From contig FLMG01003980.1 in assembly GCA_900088475.1 (NCBI GenBank), forward strand, positions 1 through 34,847: 34,847 nucleotides of DNA, written 5' to 3'. Made by a program: the position numbers and the translations under genes. Below are positions 23,538 through 33,892 of this stretch, in pieces. This stretch comes from Hyphochytrium catenoides (taxonomy: Eukaryota; Protista; Hyphochytriomycota). A model generated the notes under the pieces. The model was not told the origin of the DNA, did no database searches, and was given only the letters and a program-made list of their open reading frames with translations. Numbering within the stretch: the stretch's first letter is position 1; every line of letters starts with the position of its first letter.

Positions 23538-24587
23538 TTAGAACTCAATCGACCTCCTCCTAGGCCCTCGCGCGCGCTGAGGTTGTTGGCCCTGAAGCTC
23601 CGATGGTGGCGCTAACGTGTGCGCATACGTTGATTCTACATAGGACTCTAAGGGCACCAAAGTGCCATAAGGCCGCTCAAGTGGGCTCAGAGTGTTTCTA
23701 GAAGCCATAGATTCGCCAGGCGGCATCGTGCTATTCCTGTAAGGAAGGATCGGACCCTTAGGCGTCGCTACATCCACGAAGTTGGTGGGTCCAGCCTTCT
23801 TTCTGCGGTAGATTACCACCGCCCACGAGATTAGGCCCACAGCGGCTAGAGCAGACAGCACAATCATAACAATCTGCCAGGTCTCAAACTTGGCAGGACC
23901 ACCGCCAGCCGCATTCTTGTTTGTCGTGGAGACGCCGGACGTGGTAGTAGGAGAGTTTGCTAGTGCGCCAGCGTCCGTCGTCGACTTTGGCGGGGTTGAA
24001 TTCGAAGACGGATTACTGGGAGAAGGAGTGCTGACGCCAGCAGAAGAGCCAGAGCCTTGGTTGCTAGTTGCAGCTGGAGAAGGCGAGCCGGCGCCGGCCG
24101 ATGAGCCGGCAGGAGGGACGGGGGAAGGTGTAGGAGAACCGGCAGAAGGTAAGCCGGTACTCCCCTTACTGGGAGCTGGGGCGGGGCTCTGTCCACCGCT
24201 GACAGGCGTCACTGTAGGAGTGGTGCCGCCGCCCAAACTGCCAGTGGCTTGAAAGTTCCTATACTGCTCCACGCGATAGCCCTCGGGGCAGATGGGATAG
24301 GCGTTGTATTTCTGGTCAAAATTGAAGTCGAATCGTACTTTGCAGTGTTTGCAGCCTTGCACCGCCTGCTGGTTCCCGTCCTCAAAGCAACCCACCGTGC
24401 CCTTGCAAACGTCATCAAAGATTCCTGCTAAGCCCTGCGCTATGTCGCCCTGACCCACGCGCGTCTGGCAGGCGTCGTTTTTTGCCGCGTTATCTGCCTG
24501 GGCCGCTACAGTGCCCAGGCCAAAGGCCAGCACCTGTAGAAACGCTATAAGTTTGATAGAGAGCATATTTCTGTCTGAGCTTCTCAT
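23538..24587 (-). CDS. Type I membrane protein: signal peptide, 6-Cys module, Ser/Pro/Thr/Gly-rich stalk, one TM helix, cytoplasmic tail; single exon, 349 aa
   Basis: Hydrophobic N-terminus LIAFLQVLAFGLGTVAA; module CQTRVGQGDIAQGLAGIFDDVCKGTVGCFEDG..GCKHCK..YPICP; low-complexity stalk; TM WQIVMIVLSALAAVGLISWAVVIY followed by the basic stop-transfer RRKK. Confidence 0.85.
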   Translation of the reverse strand: MRSSDRNMLSIKLIAFLQVLAFGLGTVAAQADNAAKNDACQTRVGQGDIAQGLAGIFDDVCKGTVGCFEDGNQQAVQGCKHCKVRFDFNFDQKYNAYPICPEGYRVEQYRNFQATGSLGGGTTPTVTPVSGGQSPAPAPSKGSTGLPSAGSPTPSPVPPAGSSAGAGSPSPAATSNQGSGSSAGVSTPSPSNPSSNSTPPKSTTDAGALANSPTTTSGVSTTNKNAAGGGPAKFETWQIVMIVLSALAAVGLISWAVVIYRRKKAGPTNFVDVATPKGPILPYRNSTMPPGESMASRNTLSPLERPYGTLVPLESYVESTYAHTLAPPSELQGQQPQRARGPRRRSIEF

Positions 24588-25448
24588 CTCGCTGTCTGCA
24601 TTATGATAGAGCTTGACGGAGATTCCGACTGGAGAAGCAGTTGATGATCTGAAATGCAGATGAAGCTGCTTGCGGGCCGCGACCAGAGGAGAGAGAGAAG
24701 AAAATGACTTGCCGTTCCGAACAATTTCTCGCTCTATGCCCTTGTCCTTGAGACTTTCCGTCCACTTTGTCCACTGTCAGCGCTATAGCCTCACAATAAC
24801 AAGAAGTGCCATGTTACTCTGATGATAGACTTTCTATCTTCCTTCCCGTCAGCGGCTTGGTCTTCATAGTGTTTCCTAGGAGAATAGTGAACAGACAGTG
24901 AAAGTCCGATGGGCTTTCCTTGATGGCTCGGGCAACCAAAGACCATCATTAGCATACTAACATAAAGACAGACAAAGAGCTCTTGGGATCTGAGGGAGGG
25001 GCATAGACCTTTCTTCAGGGTCTCTTTTCACTGTCTCTCTTTCTCCTGTCTGCTGCTGTCTTTCCTTTCTTCAACCAGAGAAGACAAGGGAAGACGAGGG
25101 AACAAGATGAGCGAAGAGAGAAGAGATGAGGGAACAGTAACTCTCTGGTTGTTCTTTCCCAGTGTAGAACTATCGAAGGAAGAGAGGGATGAGGGCGGCA
25201 TCCCAGAAACAGACATCAAGTGTTGGTCAGGAAGGGAAGGATGACATAAAAGAGAAGAGGGAGAGAGGAAGGAGCGTGGAGAAGTCAAGAAAGGGCGGGG
25301 CCAGGAAGGACGAGACCCTTCCATCTCTGGTGTATTGTCTCACCTCCTCTCTCGCCCTTCTGTTTCCTCTTCTATCTCTGTCTCAGTCTCCCCGGTCTCT
25401 CTGTCTCTCACTACTTCTCTCAGACCCATGTCTTCTATTCCTTACTGT

Positions 25449-25470
25449 GTCTCTCTCTCTCTGTCTCTCC

Positions 25471-25526
<56 letters not shown>

Positions 25527-25531
25527 CTCTC
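25449..25531. repeat. (CT)n microsatellite
   Basis: Directly visible CT run. Confidence 0.95.
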
Positions 25532-28272
25532 TTAATCAGAACTGAGAAAGAGGAAAGACAACGCTCTATTATCGTGATTTTAAGTTTTGTTCGGATTCTA
25601 ACTAATATATTCGGTCACTAAGATTACTCAAGTCAAAAGAGAGTAAAAGAAAGCTTATGAGAGTGGAGGTATTTTTGGTAGAGGTCGTCCGCAAACCGCT
25701 ACTCTCGGGCTGCCGGGCTTGATGGCGTTATCTTTTGGTTTACGTACTGTATATGTATTGTGGTTAGAGAGACGGAGAAAGAGGAAGGAAAAAGATACCC
25801 CACCCAGTTGAAATACAAGAAATAACTCTTCGGCTCAGCAAATAATCAGGAAACCTTTCCTGGTCTAGTTTCCGTACCTGTAGAAGTGTCTAGGGTTCCC
25901 TTGGAATAGTGATTGGAACTCGTTCTTTCGGAAAACTACTGGTCAGTTGTGGTGTTTGGCGGTGTCAGTCATCGCCAGGTTGCCTCAAAGCGACCAAAGT
26001 GGGATAGAGACTGACAAACTGCTTAGAGATTCCGAAATAATAAAGGACTCATTACAACATCTATAGTATTGTAAGCACTGGATTACGCTATCAAGCAGGT
26101 TGAACGACTATTCAAAGGACAAACAAGTGAGACTGAGCAGCAAGACTGTGTGCTTCAATGTTCAATGAGACTGAGAATGAGGAGGAATGCTTTCCCTTGT
26201 GCACTGACGAAACAGTAGTGCAAGGTGGAGAGATGGTAACTGACGACCCTGTACAGTTAGTTAGTAGAACGAGTGCTGTACCAACAAAACCAGGACTGAA
26301 GGATATGCCAGGCACTTTTGCGCTGCTTCCCGACCTGCTTGCCTACCCGTTCGTGGTGGCAAGTGCCGGATCATAGGCTTCTTTTTTTATGACTGGGTTG
26401 TTACTAGGCCGAGTCAAGCCAAGTCACTGCGACAGGCCTTACAAAAGATACTATTGAAGCTGCAGCTTCGCAACAACGAAAGAGGGATTCTTGATGGAGG
26501 TGTCATCCATTTATCCTAAACCTCGTACTGCAGAAGACGTGCAGCCCTGCGAAGAACTGCAGTTCAATCATATAAAAGCGAAGAACTGCAGTTAGTTCGA
26601 TCATATGGATGGATACCTGAAATAAAAATCCCTTAGTTGTTGTCCTGCATTCTTCTTCCTCTTCTTGATGCTCATCCTCATCCATGTTTTTTCTCTTCCT
26701 TTAGGAACTGTTGAGTTCCATTGTGGCACTTGTTGCTCGAGGATGGTTTTGCTCATACACCGCTTACCTTCTCTCTATTTTTTCATTCTCTTCTTGCGGC
26801 TACTAGGTACTGAGATGTGATGCTCCTTGCCATATTAGCTACTACTAGCAGGTTTATCGTACATGACACCAGTTGGACTGTTCAGTCGCATGCAAAAGAG
26901 ATCTTCGTCTTCCTCTTCTGGGCTTACCACTTGCTGAATCTCTAGACTTCACAGTCCGAAGGATGCTATCGGCTACTACAGCACAGCGAGGACAGCGTTA
27001 ATAAGAAGAACAGGAATGAGATACGGAATCATAGTGTTTCTAATAAGTCCTTTAGCCGACGTACAGTACTACGGCCGAATACTACACTATGTTTGCCCAG
27101 AGTTCCGCAACAATTGTCTTTGTTACTCAGTACTGTAGTAAATGCATGAAGTGAGCTGCGTTACCCAAGCTAGCGAGCCTCCCAAAGACCATTCATCCTG
27201 GATAATACCATCATTGGCGACTTTATCTTCGTTTGCATCAAGTCCAGCGGGAAACATTGAGGAGAGGGGCCGTAGATGTAGATGACGAAAAGCCGGCCAA
27301 GTGAAGGCAACAGGCAGCACCACCACCACCATATAGAGCTTGAAGTTGAGGGAGAACACTTGTAGGTCGAGATAAGAAAACAGGTCACGTAATAGTTTGT
27401 TGGCATCTATCTATAAAGTTTGGTGGTGGTAGTATTACGGTACGACCTTCGATAGTGACTGCCATCTCTGTCCACGAATCTCCCTTGTCCACAAGCTCAT
27501 CTCCACCCCATATACCCGACCATACTGCCGGTTATATGTGCAGGGAAGAAGCGCCACACACTACAACCAGCAGAGCTTCAGGAGCATGGACAGGGCGGCA
27601 GCTGGCGGACCACTGACTCACTAACTCATGTTATCCCTTTAAGCCCTTACTACAGTGGTGGTGAAGGACCCCTTTGGTGCAGCTACTTACTGATGACGTC
27701 CACCACCTTTGTGAGATTCGAGACTGCTGGTGGTTACGGGGGCGAGCTGCAACAACAGACGCATCTGCAGAGGGAAGGACAGTAATGTCATCATGGCCTT
27801 CCTTCTTTCTACTCGTAATAACTTGTTCTAATTACCGTCTCACCGTCGATTCCCAAGGAAGGTTCAGCGTCATGATGGTGGCATCAAGAAGGATGATAAT
27901 GCTTTTGCTGGGCGGGTTGGAATGGCGGTTCAGCGCAGCAATCCAGCTTGTCGCGCCAACAAATTTCTTTGGGGGCGATCCTTTAGAATTCTACTAAGGT
28001 TAACTTAATCTTTCTAGAAAAGATAGGGCTCGCTTCTTGCACTTTCCCACCAGGCCCACAAACGAAAGGACATAGATCTACACCGTTCCACTCTTGGAGT
28101 GGTGATACATAGACCTTACAACAGCGGTGTACAGGATAACGAACAGTCCGGGACAGCGTTCTACTGTCGTCTGGAGCATGTCCATCCCTCCTTTTATACT
28201 TCTACTGTAGTTCCTATTCCTAGTGCCGAAGCAATAAAAGTTCGTGTATTTTTGTGCTGGAGCCAAAATTTT

Positions 28273-28344
28273 GGGCCGTTCCGGGAATTGAACCCGAGAC
28301 CTCTCGGACCCAAACCGAGAATCATACCACTAGACCAAACGGCC
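28273..28344 (-). tRNA. tRNA-Pro (anticodon TGG), intronless
   Basis: Minus strand GGCCGTTTGGTCTAGTGGTATGATTCTCGGTTTGGGTCCGAGAGGTCTCGGGTTCAATTCCCGGAACGGCCC: 7-bp acceptor GGCCGTT/AACGGCC, anticodon stem CTCGG/CCGAG with loop TT-TGG-GT, A and B boxes intact, TTTT 4 nt downstream as a likely Pol III terminator. Confidence 0.97.
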
Positions 28345-28391
28345 AACTTGACTGAAATGTAGGGGTTACAGGACCGTAATTGAAACCTTCA

Positions 28392-29286
28392 TCTATATAC
28401 AGAAGTCCTAGCCTCGTTGATTGGCCGCATCTTCCAACCTCTTTCTTTTGATGTGCTCTGATTGGTCCGATCATCATGCCACCAAAGCCATCAATCAGTC
28501 AATGAGCAAATCAGACTCAAGCATTGGGAGCCCTGGGGAATCTGATTGGGTGGCGTGATGATCTCCAAGTTTGAGAAGAAGAAATGCGACCACCAGACAG
28601 AGTAGCACATTATGTATGTGTCAATCAGACCACTTGGACTCCAGCTAGGGTCGGATCACGGTTGAGCTATGACATTCAGCCACTGAGCTCGCGGCTCTTC
28701 ATGTTGATGAGCGCCAAGAAGCTATGACTGACATTGTCAAAGGTTGCGCTCACCTCCTCTCGAGAATCGACTTTCGAAAAGAGTTCTCTCTTTCACCCTT
28801 GCCACTTGACCGTGTTGTCGGTGTCTGCGTTTTCAGCTTCATTTGGGTTTCAAGGACGCTTTGCCCGGCACCTGATCTAATTTCAAGCTTTTCTAAGCCT
28901 CCGCCTCCTTCCTTACTATGGTGGGGATGGAGAAGAAGTATGATTCTTGCGACTGTACAGCAGCCGTTTCGGGTAGTGGCAAGAACTGTCCAACTACAAT
29001 CGATTATGTGTCGTGTCATGGAGAATAACAACCCAGTAGTAGGCCAACAGTGTGGGTGCCGAGTATACGACAGAGACAGAGAGCGAAGATGGACCCCTAA
29101 CAAACAAAGTTACTAACCGTTGTTCTTCTTTCTGAGAATATGCATAATCAACCACCGTCCGGACGATGCAGAGAATGCTCACTTTCGCCTAACAAAACTG
29201 GGAAGACCAACAAAACTGGGAAGACCGGACTGACTACCTATCAGACAACCTCTAGTTCTCACCCGACAGCCAAAGGGAAAGGCTAG
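28392..29286 (+). mobile_element. Candidate non-autonomous Helitron-like element
   Basis: A|TCTATATACAGAAG at 28391/28392 and CTAG|T at 29283-29287; the upstream hairpin is weak (CCCG..GGG near 29263-29277). No coding capacity seen. Inferred from termini only. Confidence 0.35.
29191..29226. repeat. Perfect 18-bp direct tandem duplication
   Basis: AACAAAACTGGGAAGACC at 29191-29208 and 29209-29226. Confidence 0.95.
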
Positions 29287-29288
29287 TA

Positions 29289-30317
29289 CTAGGCGCGCCG
29301 CCACACGGCGAACAACATAAATAAATAAATAACAAAATAAGGGCAGCACCATTCAATAAGGAAGTGCCCACCAACCGAGGTCTGAGCATATCGTCTTCGG
29401 AGTGATGCAGAGACAGCCATGTACAATATGTTACTATTACTCTCAGCAGTCGCAGACGGAACTGAATGCGCTTCACCACCTGAAGCCCCCTCTTTACCTC
29501 GACTGCAGACGTGCTGCAGATATAATAGCATTAACCAAGGGATTTTTTCCTGCCTCCTCCTCCAGCACGTAATTGTTTCACACTTCAGGTTGTCGGCGGA
29601 CGTTTCCAAAAAAGAAAGGAGATGCACATCCGCATCATTGATTGGACCTTCCGTCTTCCCTCTCTTCTTCACCTTTATGCTGTTCTTCCAACTTCTCTTC
29701 AGCATTGGCTGACAACAAGAAGAAAGGATAAGATTTTCGTGCTATCGAGGAGTGACATCAAATGGTCTGTTGATGAGCCATCATGGAGACCATCAATGTG
29801 TACCACCACCTTAAGCCAAGAGCAGGCATGGCCCAGAAGATATTACTATGATGATGTGTACTTTTGTCAACATCGCTACCACGAGAGCTAATATTTATCG
29901 ATGAGAAGAGCAAGCAGCCATATCGCTCCAACACTACTACTGCTGGTCTGCTTTCCTGCAACAATAAATGAAGACGGACAGAGATGTCCAATAGTAGTAG
30001 TACAGCTATTTAACCTATCTACTTGCTGCTGACGATACCACGAGCCAGACAAGGACGAAGCTTTCTTCTTCCTCCTTCCTACTCATGGTCGCAGAAGAGC
30101 GGAGGTGATGATGCTTCACCTTTATAATATACGGAGTAGTAGAATTACATGATGATGGAATTGAGGAGGAAGCTATTCTACATTCATCAAGAAGGAAGTG
30201 CATGCTTCCAGTCAGTTCTCCCCCTGGAGCTCCCAGAGCTCCCCACAGAGTTGTACCTGTTTGGGATGTTTTGCGCTGTATTCTATCACAGTGCATATTA
30301 CTTAAAATAGGATAGGA
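29289..30317 (-). mobile_element. Candidate non-autonomous Helitron-like element
   Basis: Minus strand starts A|TCCTATCCTATTTTAAGTAATA (30318/30317) and ends (TATT)n, hairpin CGCCG-TGTGG-CGGCG (29310-29296), CTAG|T (29292-29288). Composition changes sharply from AT-rich to G-rich at about 30318. Confidence 0.5.
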
Positions 30318-30673
30318 TGGTCTGCAGGAAAAGATCTGAGCTGGAAGTAGCCAGGCAGGCAGGCAGGCAGCTCATCAGCTCATCAGGCAGGGCAGGGCAG
30401 GAGGGCAGGAGAGCAAACGAGACGGAAAGAGAGCCCGCAGGCAGGAGAGAGGGAGTACGGCCGTTGCAGGTGTATGGTCATAGTAGCTCCGAGGTCTATC
30501 TAGGCGAGAGTGCGCTGTCCGGGCCCCAGAAGAACGATACTCAGGAACGGACGGGATCATCACAGTGCCTCTTGTGCCAGCGCTCTTCCTCCACTGTTGC
30601 GTGCTATTCCCTGCCTTCCAGCTCGATCCTTTCCACCCTTTTTGGATCCACCTGGACGCTACGAAGGACAAAG

Positions 30674-32863
30674 ATGAATGTCAACGAGCCTTCAACGATT
30701 AATATATACGCCGAGGAAGCTCCACACTCATCAGCCTCTGTAGACCCTCTTTCATCTAAGAAGAGATCGAGATCTAGAAAGGAAGATGGTGATATTGGCT
30801 CTCCAAGTGGAAGCATAACCAAGCAGAAAAGGTCTCAGGCAGAGAGCGGTTCGGGATCCGCTCAGGATATAAACAATAGGCGAAGGGAAGGCAGGGGCCC
30901 CACGTCTCAGGAACACACTGGCAACAAGACGATGCGGCCAGAAAAGAGTCGCCACCTAAAAGCGAGGAACAAGAATCAGACGAAGCGAAGGACAGAATGT
31001 CACGCTGATGATATGGTAGAGAGAAAGGATCATGACAAAGGGATGGACCCCAGCTCCGCCAGCAACCTTAGTGGTGCCGCAGCGTCTGGCCGTGGGAGGT
31101 ACAGAACAAGGCCGCATGCAGAGAACAAACACTTTTCACAGGGCGAAGGTCAGAGGAGGAACGGCCGAAGTAGGAATAGGTGCGGACAGAAGGAAGAAAA
31201 GCAGAGAAGGAGACGACAGAGGCAGGATAAGAACCGCTACGGAGTTTACGAAGCTGTTGGGCGCAAGCCTACGATGGAGGATAGATATGTGGCCATTGAC
31301 AGGTAGGCCAGCTGAGGGCAAGCAGACAGCGAGGTAGAGAGGGAATGGAGTTTGAGGCGGTCTTGACAAAAAAGAAGGATAGAGAGGAAATATGCGACTG
31401 TCAGTATCTCGGTTCTGGCCACAGTCCCCGTGCGATGAGACAAACGGCAGGACAACTGGAGAGAAGATGGAGGAAGCAGGAGACAGAAGTCTTCAGGGGT
31501 AGAGTGGGCTTATACAGTGAAAGACTGATCCTGCCACAGGTTATTTCGAGAACATCCGTCTTCACCAAGCCTCTTTGCTGTCTTTGATGGGCACAACGGT
31601 TCCAGAGCTGCAGAACTTGCTCGGGTTCGGCTGCCGGGTCTCGTGCGGGCCGCCTTGGGCAATGCAATGAGAATGGAGGAAGAATTGCCAGAGAGTCAGA
31701 TCCGCATGGCTCTTTCAGAAGCCTTTCGCCTTATCGAGGATGAACTCCTCGAGCGAGCACAGACGGAGAAACTTGGGGACGGGACCACCGCTTTGGTAGT
31801 TCTTCTCTATAAGGACTGGCTGTATGTTGCGAATGCAGGAGACACCAGGGCCACGCTGGCTTCCGAAAACAGAGTACTGAGACTGTCGGTGGACCATAAG
31901 CCAGACGATGAGGAAGAAAGAGTGAGGATCGAGAGCCATGGAGGCCAGGTAAGACGAAGATAAGTAGCGGGGAAGTCTAGAAACTCAAGACATTGAGAGT
32001 TAGGGCTCGGGGCATGCATATCTGGAGAAGGCCCAAGTCCTCTTCCCTTTCCCGTCTCCCTGGGATCTCTTTTCTCAGTTTTGGCATGCTTTCTCTATAT
32101 TGTAGACTTTTTGTTCGCCAGTCTCGCCTCGGGGCCCGCGGCGCACTTCTGTTGCTTGCTGTCCATCGTGTGGGCTCTTCACTCTTTTCCTTTAGTCCAC
32201 TCGAGGCTTATATTCCTTTCTCTTACTTCGCCCCACTCAACTCCATCTCTTTCTCGGGCTATATTGTAAGGTTATCTTCTCTGGCTGCTGGCGGGTAGGG
32301 CATCCTTCTCTCTCTGTTCGCTTGGCCATCAGTCGGAGCTTGGGCGATTCAATCTTCAAGCTTCCCTTCCCGAATGGTCCTCTTGTGTCAGCTGAGCCTT
32401 TCATTAACAAAATTAAGCTCAACGGAGACGATCGCTTCCTCATAATGGCCAGGTAATAACCAGTCTCTTCTCCTCTCTCTCTCTGCTCTCAGTCTCTCTA
32501 TCCTCTGATCATTGGTACTGACGCATGATGGACCCCAGTAACGCTAAAATTTGCCCTCTCTCTCTTTGGATGGCGGTTCTCTCCTTCCTGCAACTGTCTA
32601 GCGATGGCATTTGGGATGCTGTAACGGATGAGCAGGCCGCTGATATCGCCCTCAGAGCCAGAGGCGGGAGAAATGGGAAGGGAGAGAGAGGCGGGAATGA
32701 GATACTGACAGGCCGCCTGTGCAGACAAATCGCTGAGGAGTTGGGCTCCTTGGCATTAGAGAGAGGAAGCATGGACAACATCACCTGTTTAGTCGTTAGC
32801 CTAGAGCATAATACCAGCAGACCGACGTCAAGACAAAGAAACGCGAAGAGCGAGAGAAAATAG
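30674..32863 (+). CDS. Protein phosphatase 2C (PPM family) with long basic disordered N-terminus, 4 exons
   Basis: Exons 30674 (or in-frame ATG 30317)-31302, 31540-31948, 32271-32452, 32602-32863. Motifs GRKPTMEDRY, FAVFDGHNG, DGTTA, LYVANAGDTRA, LSVDHKP..ERVRIE..GG, LAISRSLGD, FLIMASDGIWD, GSMDNITCLVV. Confidence 0.93.
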
Positions 32864-33220
32864 GATCATCAGCCACCTCACTAAGACCAGGCGCAGATGC
32901 AAGGACCAAGGCAGCAGACCATCGGTGCGTCTGCTTCCACTTCTACCGCCGCTGCTCGACCGCGTTGGTCCCACAGATCCGAGACGAGCGGCCAATGTCT
33001 AAGGAGCCTGCTCTCTGGCAAGCTCTGGTCTGCGGTCGGCACATCTGAGAGATCAGCAGCCCGCCGTCTCGCTGACAAACAGCCGCAGCAGCAGCAGCAG
33101 CCAAAAAAGATGTTGTCTCCACGCCGATGTTGGTGTCCGATGTTAGCGGTAGTGTGTGTGTTTCACGATGTCAGAACTGTTATTTAGCTGTACGATCTGA
33201 GGAGAGTTGGCTGGTCTATA

Positions 33221-33316
33221 NNNNNNNNNNNNNNNNNNNNNNNNNNNNNNNNNNNNNNNNNNNNNNNNNNNNNNNNNNNNNNNNNNNNNNNNNNNNNNNN
33301 NNNNNNNNNNNNNNNN
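33221..33316. other. Assembly gap (96 N) adjoining a CT-rich repeat
   Basis: Run of N followed by a CT-rich tract to about 33425. Confidence 0.99.
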
Positions 33317-33694
33317 TCTCTCTCTGTCTCCCTCTCTCTGTCCCCTCTCTGTCTCTCTCTGTCTCTTTTCCTCCTCTCCACGTCATTTGGTCCCTTTGTT
33401 TTCTCTTTCTCTCTCCTCTCTCTCTGCCCAGGTTCCCCCACTTCCTCCCCTTCGCACTCTGTTCCCGTCTGATCTTGGCATCATCCCTTCCTGTCGTGCT
33501 TCTGTCCTTCGGTTGCTTGCAGGGACTCTGCGGCTCTGGCTGGTATCTCACCTTCCTTCTTGCTCTCTTGTCTGGAGACCTCAGGCTCTATAACTAAGCA
33601 CTGCACGCCGTGCCACAGAAAGCCAAGCAGTGAAGCCTCAGACGAAGGAGGAAGAGCAAAAACGAGAGGAGGAGACAGGAAGAAAGAGAGAGAG

Positions 33695-33892
33695 ATGAAC
33701 ACGCCTCGCTATCGTCTCCGGCCTCGGACTGTCCGTTGGAGCGAGGTGGCAGTCGCTTGCTTCCTCGGCGTGGTGTCGGGCGCGTACATCTTCAAGGATC
33801 TGGGCCGGCATCTACCAGGAGACCAAGGTCAAGCGGCGCCAGGGCCCGGGCAAGGAGCGGTGGCGAGCCAGATCAAAGAAGAGAGAAAGTAA
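33695..33892 (+). CDS. Single-TM microprotein (65 aa), PIGBOS1-like
   Basis: MNTPRYRLRPRTVRWSEVAVACFLGVVSGAYIFKDL..: basic N-terminus plus a TM helix with the A..LG..GG/SG.YIF pattern recalled from PIGBOS1-type mitochondrial outer-membrane microproteins. Confidence 0.55.
   Translation: MNTPRYRLRPRTVRWSEVAVACFLGVVSGAYIFKDLGRHLPGDQGQAAPGPGQGAVASQIKEERK

Noticed and set aside
20370-24431. Antisense and alternate-frame ORFs within the GT61 and membrane-protein genes
   Set aside because: Shadow ORFs of genuine coding sequence.
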